Source: an uncultured Christensenella sp.
Lineage (GTDB): Bacteria; Bacillota; Clostridia; Christensenellales; UBA1242
Direction: 5' to 3'
DNA: 64,000 bases
NCBI GenBank assembly: GCA_964434265.1
Contig: CAYSUK010000005.1
Location: forward strand, 12,914-76,913
Shown here: piece after piece, positions 10,318-19,269 of the stretch
Layout of the letters: each line of letters begins with the position of its first letter
How positions within the stretch are numbered: position 1 is the stretch's first letter
Program-made: the position numbers and the translations under genes
Notes under the pieces: generated by a model
Told to the model about the DNA's origin: nothing
Databases searched by the model: none
Seen by the model: the letters and a program-made list of their open reading frames with translations, nothing else

Positions 10318-11248
10318 TAAAGAGCAAAATCTACAAATATTTGTAATTAAAAACTACGAACATTTAAAACAACTTAGAAGTTATATATCTATCGCCGAAT
10401 ACAACCAACTTATTATGGAGCGAGAAGGTTTTTTAGAAGATGGTGACAAAATAAATCCTACAGAGTATGTTTTGGTGGATACGGCTAGACACAAATTGCT
10501 TAGTCTTGCATCTGTCGAAGATTGTGAAAATGGTGTGCGACACATAAGTAGTCTTTATACTCCTGACCACACAGAACGCAAAAAAGGTTTTGCAAGTCGT
10601 GTGCTTGATGAAATATTTGAGATTTCTAAAAACGAAGGATTTAGATACATACATCTAAATGCAATGGGTGAATCTGGGAAAAGAATATATCGCAAGAAAG
10701 GTTTTGTCCCTGTAAGTCGTGATGTCGAATTTGAAACAATAGATTTTGTGTCATCGTACAAAATGCTAAACGAGAAAAACTGGCAATATAGTAAAGTGTT
10801 TTACAATGTTTTGAGAAATATTGACGGTACAAAAAAGACAGTAGCAGAAGGATTTGATGATTTAAAACCTTTAATAAGTAATGCTTATGGTGAAAATTGG
10901 GAAGGATACAACGACCCTATCTTAAATGTGATGTCAAACATTATTGAGTATTCTCGAAGCATGGAAGATAATGATTTTAAAAAGACGCTTATAAAATTAA
11001 ATCTTGATCGCAATGATGACAGTGTATCCACTCATGAATTTTTAAACAAACGTTATGATGATATAAAAGACATTTTAAATGGTGTAAGACTACTAAATGC
11101 ATCTGAAAAGTATATTGCGTCGAGAAAAGTTGATACAAAAATTGTTACTGAGACCAAAACCCAATTATCTTCTAAAAGAGCAAAAATATTAAATGTAGTA
11201 AAGAAAGATAATAAAGATGCCGTCATGGAAAGAACTTATAAGGGCTAA
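10298..11248 (+). CDS. GNAT-like acetyltransferase domain protein with uncharacterised C-terminal extension (paralog B)
   Basis: Contains KKGFASRVLDEIFEISKNEGFRYIHLNAMGESGKRIYRKKGF, which parallels paralog A. An AGGAG ribosome-binding site lies upstream, and the ORF overlaps the 3' end of paralog A by 20 nt. Confidence 0.6.
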   Translation: MKSLNSNKEQNLQIFVIKNYEHLKQLRSYISIAEYNQLIMEREGFLEDGDKINPTEYVLVDTARHKLLSLASVEDCENGVRHISSLYTPDHTERKKGFASRVLDEIFEISKNEGFRYIHLNAMGESGKRIYRKKGFVPVSRDVEFETIDFVSSYKMLNEKNWQYSKVFYNVLRNIDGTKKTVAEGFDDLKPLISNAYGENWEGYNDPILNVMSNIIEYSRSMEDNDFKKTLIKLNLDRNDDSVSTHEFLNKRYDDIKDILNGVRLLNASEKYIASRKVDTKIVTETKTQLSSKRAKILNVVKKDNKDAVMERTYKG

Positions 11249-11272
11249 TAAAAATTATTTTCTTAAAAAATG

Positions 11273-11301
11273 TTGACTTGTTGGCAAGTTTTATATATAA
11301 T
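11273..11301 (+). promoter_or_regulatory. sigma-A-type promoter for rpmH operon
   Basis: TTGACT (11273-11278), a 17-bp spacer, then TATAAT (11296-11301). Confidence 0.55.
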
Positions 11302-11376
11302 TAAATCGCTAATGTAGTAATTGGCGATTTTTTCTATGGAAAAATCGTTTAATAATAAAAAGGAAGGGCAAAATAT

Positions 11377-11526
11377 ATGAAAAGAACTTATCAACCTAAA
11401 AAAAGACACAGAATAAAAGTTCATGGTTTTAGAAAGAGAATGCAAACCAAAGGTGGCAGAAACGTTCTTGCTCGTAGAAGAAATCGTGGCAGAAAATCTC
11501 TTACACCTACAAACAATTCAAAATAG
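11377..11526 (+). CDS. rpmH: 50S ribosomal protein L34
   Basis: Not in the ORF track because it is under 60 aa. My translation is [49 protein letters not shown]. An AGGAAGG ribosome-binding site lies upstream, and the gene sits directly before rnpA. Confidence 0.93.
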   Translation: MKRTYQPKKRHRIKVHGFRKRMQTKGGRNVLARRRNRGRKSLTPTNNSK

Positions 11527-11533
11527 TAACACT

Positions 11534-11560
11534 TTAAGTGCCTAAAACCTAGGCACTTAA
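11534..11560 (+). terminator. hairpin between rpmH and rnpA (terminator/attenuator)
   Basis: Perfect 10-bp stem TTAAGTGCCT / AGGCACTTAA with a 7-nt loop, followed by TTTGT. Confidence 0.5.
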
Positions 11561-11584
11561 TTTGTATACAAACAAGGTATTTAT

Positions 11585-11932
11585 ATGTTAAACAAATCAA
11601 ACAGGCTTTCAAAACGAAAAGAATATGGGTATATTTACAAAAAAGGTGTTGTGACATACAGCAACTTTTTAGTGTTGTATGCAGTTCCTACCGCTCGAAA
11701 TCATATGCGAATAGGTTTTTCGATAAGTAAAAAAGTGGGCAAGGCATACAAGCGTAATTTACTCAAGCGTCGTCTAAGCGAAATTATACGCACAAACATT
11801 AATTATATCGACCAAAAACATAATTATGTGTTAGTTGCGAAAGAAGGTATTTGCGAACTTGACTTCAATACTCTTACTGAGCAAGTGATGTACATACTCA
11901 AAAAATCAAAGTCTTGGATTGAGAATGAATAA
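11585..11932 (+). CDS. rnpA: ribonuclease P protein component
   Basis: Contains [39 protein letters not shown] (the RNR-like basic motif), and follows rpmH as in conserved synteny. Confidence 0.9.
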   Translation: MLNKSNRLSKRKEYGYIYKKGVVTYSNFLVLYAVPTARNHMRIGFSISKKVGKAYKRNLLKRRLSEIIRTNINYIDQKHNYVLVAKEGICELDFNTLTEQVMYILKKSKSWIENE

Positions 11933-12200
11933 AGTCTTATACATACTTTTCTATCCGTTAAGGCTTGTCTGTTATGCTTTAATATATTTATATAAATTTT
12001 TAATATCACCACTTATCCCAAAATCCTGTATATACTACCCTACTTGTTCGACTTATATGCTAGATGCTATAAAAGAATGGGGCATAATAAAGGGTATATA
12101 TCTAGGTAGTCGACGAATATGTCGTTGTACTCCTTTCCATAAAGGTGGTGTGGACTTTGTCCCAATAAACATAAAAGGAGGAAATAAATGGGTGTTTTAA
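11919..12200 (+). CDS. yidD: membrane protein insertion efficiency factor YidD
   Basis: Contains [19 protein letters not shown] ... [15 protein letters not shown]. It overlaps the rnpA 3' end and the yidC 5' end. Confidence 0.88.
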   Translation: MRMNKVLYILFYPLRLVCYALIYLYKFLISPLIPKSCIYYPTCSTYMLDAIKEWGIIKGIYLGSRRICRCTPFHKGGVDFVPINIKGGNKWVF

Positions 12201-13228
12201 ATTTTTTACTTGAAGTAAAAGCACCAACAGGGCTTTGGGCTAGTATAATAAACTGGCTTGAAGGTGGCATCGGAAATTATGCAGTTGCGATTATTGTGCT
12301 TACAATACTTATAAAACTTGTCATTTTACCGTTTGACCTACTAAACAAAAGTTTGAGTTCACGCAATGCTAGAAAACAAGCAGAAATGAAACCCGAACTC
12401 GACAAAATAAACAAACGTTATGCAAACAACAAACAACTCCTAAATCAAAAAACTATGGAGTTATACAAAAGAGAAAACTTTAATTTGTATGGAACATGTT
12501 TTGGCATGCTTGCCTACCTTGTACTTACACTTGTTATCTTTATGACGCTATTTAGTGCACTTAGAAACATGAGTAATTACAAAATATATAAAGAGTTTAC
12601 CCAACTCCAAACTACTTACAACACCACATACAGTACAGCAATAGAAGAGTATGTGGGAGACGATGAACAAAAAGAAGAGTATTGTGTAAGTCTTGCTGAA
12701 AAAGCTGTTGTAAAAGAATACGGCGAGATAAAAACAGGCTTTTTATGGATAAAAAGCATTTGGCGTGCCGACAACTGGTCAAGTGTTGTGCTTGATTATG
12801 ACACATACATTTCCCAAACAAAAACCGACAAAGAAGAACTTACAAAAGAAGACTACAACAAAATTATCGACCCTATCCAATCTGAATATGATGGTTGGAA
12901 TGGTTATTTGATACTTGCAGTGCTTACAGTGCTTGCAAATATCGGTACAACTTATCTAACACGTCTTGTTACAAGACTTAGAAACAAGAAAAAGGGCATA
13001 CCATATATTAAAAACAGTGGCGACCCTAGCCAATCTATGAATATTATTATGCCAATCATTATGGGTGTATTTACATTATTCTACACAGCATCATTTGGTA
13101 TATATATCTTAGCGGGTGCATTGTTTACTATGCTTACTACCCCACTAACTACACTTTTGTTAGATGTTATAAACGACAAAAAATCAAAAAACAAAAAAGA
13201 CAAAAACAAAGTTTCGTACAGTAGATAA
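12188..13228 (+). CDS. yidC: membrane protein insertase YidC/SpoIIIJ family
   Basis: Strong AGGAGG ribosome-binding site. Multiple TM segments, a [17 protein letters not shown] coiled region, a basic C-terminal tail, and synteny between yidD and jag. Confidence 0.88.
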   Translation: MGVLNFLLEVKAPTGLWASIINWLEGGIGNYAVAIIVLTILIKLVILPFDLLNKSLSSRNARKQAEMKPELDKINKRYANNKQLLNQKTMELYKRENFNLYGTCFGMLAYLVLTLVIFMTLFSALRNMSNYKIYKEFTQLQTTYNTTYSTAIEEYVGDDEQKEEYCVSLAEKAVVKEYGEIKTGFLWIKSIWRADNWSSVVLDYDTYISQTKTDKEELTKEDYNKIIDPIQSEYDGWNGYLILAVLTVLANIGTTYLTRLVTRLRNKKKGIPYIKNSGDPSQSMNIIMPIIMGVFTLFYTASFGIYILAGALFTMLTTPLTTLLLDVINDKKSKNKKDKNKVSYSR

Positions 13229-13238
13229 GGAGAATATT

Positions 13239-13949
13239 ATGAGAAAGATAGAAGTTGTGTCCACATCGGTGGAAAAAGCCATTGAGAAAGGACTTATAAT
13301 GCTAGGCACTAGCAAAGAAAACGTAGACGTAAAAGTTTTGGAAGAAAACAGCATGCTTAAGAAAGTTAAGATTGAAATGACTGTTTATGCTGACGGCGAA
13401 GAACATGTTCCGACCGAACTCCCTACTTCACGTCCTAAGAAAGAAAAGAAAGTTGTAAAACAACGTAAAGAGCCAGCATATGATGCTGAGCAAAACAAAC
13501 TTACACTTGAAGTTGCGCGCAAATATATGGAAGGACTACTAAATGCGGCAGGACTTGAATACAATCTTAGTGTAGAAGAAGTAGACAAATACGTTCATGT
13601 AGTTGTGTCTGGTGCAAAAATGGGTAGCCTTATAGGTTATCACGGTGAAGGCATGGACGCTATCCAAATGCTTCTAAACCAATATGTAAAAGACCAAATA
13701 GACGGCTACGAACGTAAGGTATATCTTGATATCGAAGAGTATCGTTCTAAACGTGAAAATACTTTGAAGGACATGGCTACTCGCCTTGCTGAAAAAGTAA
13801 TTAAAAATCGTCGTAGTCTCAAACTCGAACCTATGACAAGTTATGACCGTCGCATTATACACACTCACCTTGCTGAAATGCCACATATCGACACTCACAG
13901 TGAAGGAACAGAGCCTCACAGATATCTTGTAATAGATTATGTAGATTAA
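13239..13949 (+). CDS. jag: Jag/KhpB RNA-binding protein (KH + R3H domains)
   Basis: Contains the KH-like LIGYHGEGMDAIQMLLNQ and the R3H region LEPMTSYDRRIIHTHL, and follows yidC as in conserved synteny. Confidence 0.88.
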   Translation: MRKIEVVSTSVEKAIEKGLIMLGTSKENVDVKVLEENSMLKKVKIEMTVYADGEEHVPTELPTSRPKKEKKVVKQRKEPAYDAEQNKLTLEVARKYMEGLLNAAGLEYNLSVEEVDKYVHVVVSGAKMGSLIGYHGEGMDAIQMLLNQYVKDQIDGYERKVYLDIEEYRSKRENTLKDMATRLAEKVIKNRRSLKLEPMTSYDRRIIHTHLAEMPHIDTHSEGTEPHRYLVIDYVD

Positions 13950-13952
13950 TAT

Positions 13953-13980
13953 AAAGACCCTATAAGGGGTCTTTTTCTTT
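13953..13980 (+). terminator. intrinsic terminator after jag
   Basis: AAAGACCC / GGGTCTTT stem followed by a T-run. Confidence 0.7.
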
Positions 13981-14049
13981 TGAAAGCTATTTTGAAAAAT
14001 AATATAAAAAGATATTCCAATTTTGTTTTGTTGTGATATAATATATCGT

Positions 14050-15399
14050 ATGGAAGACACAATAGTAGCAATATCGACACCTATTGGTGTTGGCGGAATC
14101 TCAATAGTACGTATGAGCGGTGTTGATGCACTTAAAATTGCATCGCAAGTTTTTTCGTGTAAAACCAATGTGATGGAATTTACTCCTAGATATATGTATT
14201 TTGGTTCTTTCAAACTTAAAGATTATACTGAAAAATGTCTATGTGTATATTTTAAAGCACCATATTCGTATACAGGTGAAGATTTGGTTGAGTTTCAATG
14301 CCACGGCGGTGTTGCTATTACCAAAGAGATACTTACTACTCTACTCTCTCATGGCTGTCGACTTGCTGATGGTGGTGAATTTACAAAACGAGCATTTTTA
14401 AATGGTAAAATTTCTCTTGACGAAGCAGAAGGTGTGATGGACGTAATATCTGCTGAGAGTGATTCCGAACTTAAAGCGGGATACAACCTAATGGAAGGAA
14501 ATCTTCATACAGTTGTTTCCAGAATTCAAAAAGAACTTACGGATACTATCGCGTTTCTTGAAGTTGTGTTTGATTATCCCGAACATGATATCGAAGAGAT
14601 TACTACTAAAAAAGTTCGTGGTCAAGTCGAAGATATACTAAATCAAATTACTACACTTATAGATACTCACAGCACGGGTATGCAAATCAAAAACGGTTGT
14701 CGCGTGGTTATACTTGGTAGGCCCAATGTCGGCAAGAGTTCGCTGATGAATGCCCTACTAAATTATGACCGTGCAATAGTCACTGATATTCAGGGTACAA
14801 CACGTGACACCCTTGAAGAGACTTATGTGTATAATGGTGTTAAGTTTGTTTTGACTGACACTGCCGGGGTTAGAGAGAGTGATGACAAGGTAGAAAAAAT
14901 AGGAATTGAAAAAGCAAAAAGTAGTATCAAATCTGCCGACCTTATATTATTAGTACTTGACGGAAGTCAAAAATTGTCGTCAGAAGATGAAGAAATAATT
15001 AAACTTGTAAAAAATAAAAAAGTGTTAGTTGTTGTCAATAAAATAGACCTTTCTGACAATATCGTATTAGATAATTACAAATTCACCGATGTTTTGCGTG
15101 TAAGTGCTACAAACAAAACTAATATAGATAATGTGAAAAAAACTATATACGATAAGATAGTTGATGAAAATATTATTAATAGCAATGTTGTTATTACATC
15201 GACTCGACACTACTCTATTTTGTGTCGTGCTCAAAAGATTTGCAAAGATATTTTAAGTGGAATAGATAATGGAAATAGTGTAGAACTCATCTCTATTGAC
15301 TTAAACAATTTGTGGTTGACTTTAGGTGAAATAACTGGTGAAACCAATAATGAAGAAATAATAAATTCGATATTTAAAAACTTTTGTGTAGGGAAATAA
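14050..15399 (+). CDS. mnmE: tRNA modification GTPase MnmE
   Basis: N-terminus DTIVAISTP.G.GGISIVR, G1 GRPNVGKSSLMN, DTAG, NKIDL, and the C-terminal FCVGK. The start is set at ATG 14050 (MEDTIVA). Confidence 0.94.
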   Translation: MEDTIVAISTPIGVGGISIVRMSGVDALKIASQVFSCKTNVMEFTPRYMYFGSFKLKDYTEKCLCVYFKAPYSYTGEDLVEFQCHGGVAITKEILTTLLSHGCRLADGGEFTKRAFLNGKISLDEAEGVMDVISAESDSELKAGYNLMEGNLHTVVSRIQKELTDTIAFLEVVFDYPEHDIEEITTKKVRGQVEDILNQITTLIDTHSTGMQIKNGCRVVILGRPNVGKSSLMNALLNYDRAIVTDIQGTTRDTLEETYVYNGVKFVLTDTAGVRESDDKVEKIGIEKAKSSIKSADLILLVLDGSQKLSSEDEEIIKLVKNKKVLVVVNKIDLSDNIVLDNYKFTDVLRVSATNKTNIDNVKKTIYDKIVDENIINSNVVITSTRHYSILCRAQKICKDILSGIDNGNSVELISIDLNNLWLTLGEITGETNNEEIINSIFKNFCVGK

Positions 15400-15401
15400 C
15401 T

Positions 15402-15851
15402 ATGGATAAATGGGATAAAAGATTTATGGATATGACACGACTTGTTGGTTCGTGGAGTTCGTGTATAAAGGACGATAGACATGTAGGGGCGATTATTGTT
15501 AAAAACAAACGTATTCTTACGACTGGTTATAATGGTGCTCCAAGCGGAATAAAAAGTTGTGCCGAACGTGGCGAGTGTATTCGTATGCGTGATGGTGTAC
15601 AATCTGGTACTCGTGCTGAGTATTGTTATGCTGTGCATGCCGAACAAAATGCTCTCATACAAGCTGCAAAACTTGGAATTAGTGTAGATGGGGCCACACT
15701 TTATTGTACCCACCAACCTTGTTCGATGTGTACTCGCCTTATAATCAATGCGGGAATCAGTCGTGTTGTGTATGGCGAAGGTTATCCTGACGAATTCTCT
15801 TTAAAACTATTTAATGAGTCGAATGTAATACTTGATAAATACGAGGAATAA
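15402..15851 (+). CDS. dCMP deaminase (ComEB-type cytidine/deoxycytidylate deaminase)
   Basis: Zinc motifs HAEQNAL and PCSMCTRLIINAG. The start is set at ATG 15402 (MDKWDKRF), 2 nt after the mnmE stop. Confidence 0.88.
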   Translation: MDKWDKRFMDMTRLVGSWSSCIKDDRHVGAIIVKNKRILTTGYNGAPSGIKSCAERGECIRMRDGVQSGTRAEYCYAVHAEQNALIQAAKLGISVDGATLYCTHQPCSMCTRLIINAGISRVVYGEGYPDEFSLKLFNESNVILDKYEE

Positions 15852-15852
15852 A

Positions 15853-17715
15853 ATGAAATTTACTAATTATGATGCAATAGTGGTGGGTAGTGGGCATGCT
15901 GGTTGTGAGGCATGCCTTGCTCTTGCTAGAAAAGGAATAAAAACATTACTACTCACGTTAAATTTGGATAGCATTGCTTTTTTGGCGTGCAACCCATCTA
16001 TTGGTGGCACAGCAAAAGGCCAACTTGTAAGCGAAATTGATGCGCTTGGTGGTGAAATGGGTATTATTGCTGATAAAGCAACCATTCAAAGACGTATGTT
16101 AAACTCGTCTAAAGGTGCTGCTGTTCAAAGTTTGCGTGCTCAAACTGACAAAATTAAGTATCATTCGTATATGAAAGAAGTACTTGAGAAACAAAAAAAC
16201 CTTGATATAAAACAAGGCGAAGCAAGTGAAATATTAGTCGAAAATGGCTACGTTGTGGGATTAAAGACGACTCGTGGAGAAGAATATACTTGTAAAGCAG
16301 TTGTTGTTTGTACCGGTGTTTATCTTAATAGTCGTGTTATTGTGGGTACTCATATCAAAGATGAAGGTCCAAATGGCTTTGCAAATGCTACTGAACTTAC
16401 AAAATCACTTATCAAACTTGGTTTTAAAATAAATCGTTTTAAGACAGGGACTCCAGTACGTATTCATAGCGACAGTGTAGATTATAGTAAAATTGAAGTG
16501 CAAAAAGGTGAAGACAATATTCAAACTTTTTCCTTTGTTACAAAGAAAAAACCACGTAATGTAGCCGATTGTTGGCTTACATACACAACACCTAAGACAC
16601 ATAAAATCATACTCGACAATCTTGACAAAGCGCCTATGTATTCGGGTATTATAAATTCTGAAGGTCCAAGATATTGCCCGAGTATCGAAACTAAAGTTGT
16701 GCGATTTGCTGATAAAGATAGACATCAATTGTTTTTAGAACCGGAAGCCCTTAGTACAAAAGAAATGTATGTACAAGGTTTTAGTACTAGTATGCCAGTC
16801 GATATTCAATATGATATGGTTCATTCGGTTATTGGACTTGAGAACGCTCACATAATGCGTGATGCTTATGCTATAGAGTATGACTGTATCGATAGTACCC
16901 AACTTTATCCTTCTCTTGAATATAAAAATGTGCATGGAATTTTTACTGCTGGTCAAATAAACGGAACAAGCGGATATGAAGAAGCAGGAGCTCAAGGTCT
17001 TATCGCTGGTATAAATGCAGGGCAATATATATTGGGTCTCCAACCACTTATTTTAAAACGTAGCGACGCATATATTGGCGTACTTATTGATGACCTTGTA
17101 ACAAAAGGAACAAACGAACCATACCGAATGATGACGTCGCGTGCAGAGTATCGACTTTGGCTTAGACAAGACAATGCTGACATTAGACTTACAGATATTG
17201 GCAGAAAGTATGGACATATTGACAAAAAACGTTATTTAATATATAAAAGCAAGATTGATAAAATAACATCATTACTAAACGAAAGTAAAATAATACAAGG
17301 TGAAAAGTCGCCACTTGCCAAACTATTTAAAGAAGTAGGTGAAACCTTTGTACAAAACGGATTGACTATATTTGATGCATTAAAGCGTCACAATATAAAC
17401 TTTACTAATATTATTAAGTATTATCCTGATTTTGCAAAATATCCAAGTGATGTATTAAATCAAGTTGAGATTATGTCTAAATATGAAGGGTATTTGGCTC
17501 GTCAAGAAAAACAAATCGAACAAAGCCTTAAAAATGAGAATGTAAAGCTTGATGTAGATATTGATTATAGTAAAATTAAAGGGCTTAGAATAGAAGCTCA
17601 ACAAAAACTAAACCAAATCAAACCACTTAGTATTGGACAAGCTAGTCGTATTTCTGGTGTAAGTCCTGCTGATATTGCAGTGCTATTAGTGTATGTTAAA
17701 AGTAAAAATAACTAA
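15853..17715 (+). CDS. mnmG: tRNA uridine 5-carboxymethylaminomethyl modification enzyme MnmG (GidA)
   Basis: FAD motif YDAIVVGSGHAGCEA, plus GPRYCPSIE and SRAEYRLWLRQDNAD. A GAGGA ribosome-binding site precedes ATG 15853. Confidence 0.95.
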   Translation: MKFTNYDAIVVGSGHAGCEACLALARKGIKTLLLTLNLDSIAFLACNPSIGGTAKGQLVSEIDALGGEMGIIADKATIQRRMLNSSKGAAVQSLRAQTDKIKYHSYMKEVLEKQKNLDIKQGEASEILVENGYVVGLKTTRGEEYTCKAVVVCTGVYLNSRVIVGTHIKDEGPNGFANATELTKSLIKLGFKINRFKTGTPVRIHSDSVDYSKIEVQKGEDNIQTFSFVTKKKPRNVADCWLTYTTPKTHKIILDNLDKAPMYSGIINSEGPRYCPSIETKVVRFADKDRHQLFLEPEALSTKEMYVQGFSTSMPVDIQYDMVHSVIGLENAHIMRDAYAIEYDCIDSTQLYPSLEYKNVHGIFTAGQINGTSGYEEAGAQGLIAGINAGQYILGLQPLILKRSDAYIGVLIDDLVTKGTNEPYRMMTSRAEYRLWLRQDNADIRLTDIGRKYGHIDKKRYLIYKSKIDKITSLLNESKIIQGEKSPLAKLFKEVGETFVQNGLTIFDALKRHNINFTNIIKYYPDFAKYPSDVLNQVEIMSKYEGYLARQEKQIEQSLKNENVKLDVDIDYSKIKGLRIEAQQKLNQIKPLSIGQASRISGVSPADIAVLLVYVKSKNN

Positions 17716-17716
17716 C

Positions 17717-17746
17717 AAAAAATGGCTTTATAAAGCCATTTTTTGT
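17717..17746 (+). terminator. intrinsic terminator after mnmG
   Basis: Perfect palindrome AAAAAATGGCTTTA / TAAAGCCATTTTTT. Confidence 0.75.
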
Positions 17747-17772
17747 ATTTTAATAATTAATATAAGCATAAT

Positions 17773-17788
17773 TGTTTCACGTGAAACA
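17773..17788. promoter_or_regulatory. parS site 1 (16/16 TGTTTCACGTGAAACA)
   Basis: Exact symmetric parS 16-mer, embedded in a 24-bp perfect palindrome at 17769-17792. Confidence 0.85.
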
Positions 17789-17834
17789 ATTAATTATTGT
17801 TATTAATTTTAAATGCTGTATTTTTTGTTCTTAA

Positions 17835-17850
17835 AGTTTCACGTGAAACA
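17835..17850. promoter_or_regulatory. parS site 2 (15/16, AGTTTCACGTGAAACA)
   Basis: One outer-position mismatch. Confidence 0.7.
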
Positions 17851-17894
17851 AAAAGGATATGTAATCTTATAAAATATATGTAGTGTATTTCAAA

Positions 17895-17910
17895 TGTTTC
17901 ACGTGAAACA
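17895..17910. promoter_or_regulatory. parS site 3 (16/16)
   Basis: Exact 16-mer inside a 32-bp perfect palindrome at 17887-17918. Confidence 0.85.
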
Positions 17911-17987
17911 TTTGAAATGTTATTTGATAGGTATTGTATTTCTACATATAAATGATTTTTATAATAATTAGCTTAATCGCAACAGAT

Positions 17988-18003
17988 TGTTTCGCGTGAA
18001 ACA
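17988..18003. promoter_or_regulatory. parS site 4 (15/16, TGTTTCGCGTGAAACA)
   Basis: One core mismatch (A to G at position 7). Confidence 0.65.
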
Positions 18004-18087
18004 AACTATTTTGTTTTTTTATACTTGTTTTAATGGTATCTTTTAAATTGCCAAGTATTCTTAATTGTGTATTATTTAAATTCCTAA

Positions 18088-18103
18088 TGTTTCACGTGAA
18101 ACA
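18088..18103. promoter_or_regulatory. parS site 5 (16/16)
   Basis: Exact 16-mer. Confidence 0.85.
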
Positions 18104-18200
18104 GTATTATTATAATGATTTGCGTGAGTTGTCTTTTAATTGTGTTTGATATTAATTGTAAAATATGTCTATTAGGTGTCTTTGTGTTTTTAGAGTTAAA

Positions 18201-18216
18201 TGTTTCACGTGAAACA
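18201..18216. promoter_or_regulatory. parS site 6 (16/16)
   Basis: Exact 16-mer inside a 22-bp palindrome at 18198-18219. Confidence 0.85.
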
Positions 18217-18285
18217 TTTTTAAGGTTGTTTTGATTAAGGATTATTATCAAGTCTATTCTTTAGTAGTGTTGTGTATAATTACAT

Positions 18286-18301
18286 TGTTTCACGTGAAAC
18301 A
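18286..18301. promoter_or_regulatory. parS site 7 (16/16)
   Basis: Exact 16-mer inside a 30-bp perfect palindrome at 18279-18308. Confidence 0.85.
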
Positions 18302-18363
18302 ATGTAATACTAAATTGTTTTGTTTCGGTGATGGTTTGTGATATACTATGCATATAGGAGATA

Positions 18364-19068
18364 ATGATGAATTTTTTAGAACTTTTTAATAAATATGACA
18401 TTCATTTAAGCGAAGAACAATATTTAATGTTTGATACATATTATAATATTTTAATTGAAGAAAATGAAAAGTATAATCTTACAGCGATAACAGATAAAGA
18501 AGGAGTTTGGTTAAAACATTTTTTAGATAGTGTTTTACCATATAAACAATTTAAACCTAATAGTACGGTACTTGATATTGGTGGTGGGGCTGGATTTCCG
18601 TCAATTGCATTAAAGATTATTAGACCTGATTTAAAATTTGTAGTAATTGATAGCGTAGAAAAGAAGACTAGATTTATGCAAATGGTAATCAATAAACTAG
18701 GATTAAAAGAAATTGAAATATTACATGCTAGATGCGAAGATTTGGCAAAAGGACCTAAATATAGGGAAAATTTTGACTATGTAATAGCACGTGCTGTTGC
18801 TCCGCTTACTACATTGCTTGAGTATTGTGTGCCATTTTGTAAGATTAGTGGTCAATTAGTGTTGTATAAAGGTGATAGATATTTAGAAGAAATTAATAAT
18901 ACGACAAACACTTGTAGATTGCTTGATTGTAGCTTGATTAAAACAGATAAGATTTATGTGGCTGAAGGTGATTATACTAGATATTTTCTTGTTTATGGGA
19001 AGAATAGTTCTACATTATTAAAGTATCCACGTGGACAAAACAAACCTAGAAATAACCCATTAAACTAA
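18364..19068 (+). CDS. rsmG: 16S rRNA (guanine527-N7)-methyltransferase RsmG (GidB)
   Basis: Contains NLTAITDKEGVWLKHFLDS, the SAM motif VLDIGGGAGFPSIALKI, and VIARAVAP. It sits between mnmG and parA as in conserved synteny. Confidence 0.92.
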   Translation: MMNFLELFNKYDIHLSEEQYLMFDTYYNILIEENEKYNLTAITDKEGVWLKHFLDSVLPYKQFKPNSTVLDIGGGAGFPSIALKIIRPDLKFVVIDSVEKKTRFMQMVINKLGLKEIEILHARCEDLAKGPKYRENFDYVIARAVAPLTTLLEYCVPFCKISGQLVLYKGDRYLEEINNTTNTCRLLDCSLIKTDKIYVAEGDYTRYFLVYGKNSSTLLKYPRGQNKPRNNPLN

Positions 19069-19084
19069 TGTTTCACGTGAAACA
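19069..19084. promoter_or_regulatory. parS site 8 (16/16), immediately after rsmG stop
   Basis: Exact 16-mer. The 22-bp palindrome at 19066-19087 includes the rsmG TAA stop codon. Confidence 0.85.
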
Positions 19085-19269
19085 TTATAAGTGTGTAAGT
19101 AAAGTTATACTTAATATCTCATAATGAGTGTGATATCGTATGTTTTTAATCTGATTTAAAAGATATTTTAAAAACATATCAAAATAGATTTTGAGATTTT
19201 TTTATTATAATATATAATAAAAATACAACTAAATAACAACTTTTAATAAAATACAAGAATGGAGGGCTT

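Noticed and set aside
13674-14213. A 179-aa minus-strand ORF spanning the jag-mnmE junction.
   Set aside because: It overlaps two well-supported plus-strand genes and a terminator. Its composition is typical of an antisense frame in AT-rich DNA.
15231-15716. A 161-aa minus-strand ORF.
   Set aside because: It is antisense to mnmE and the dCMP deaminase gene, with no motif and no ribosome-binding site.
17773-18301. The repeat-spacer look of the mnmG-rsmG spacer suggested a CRISPR array.
   Set aside because: The repeat is only 16 bp, perfectly palindromic and identical to the parS consensus. Spacing is irregular (60-113 bp), there are no cas genes, and the spacers are AT-rich filler.
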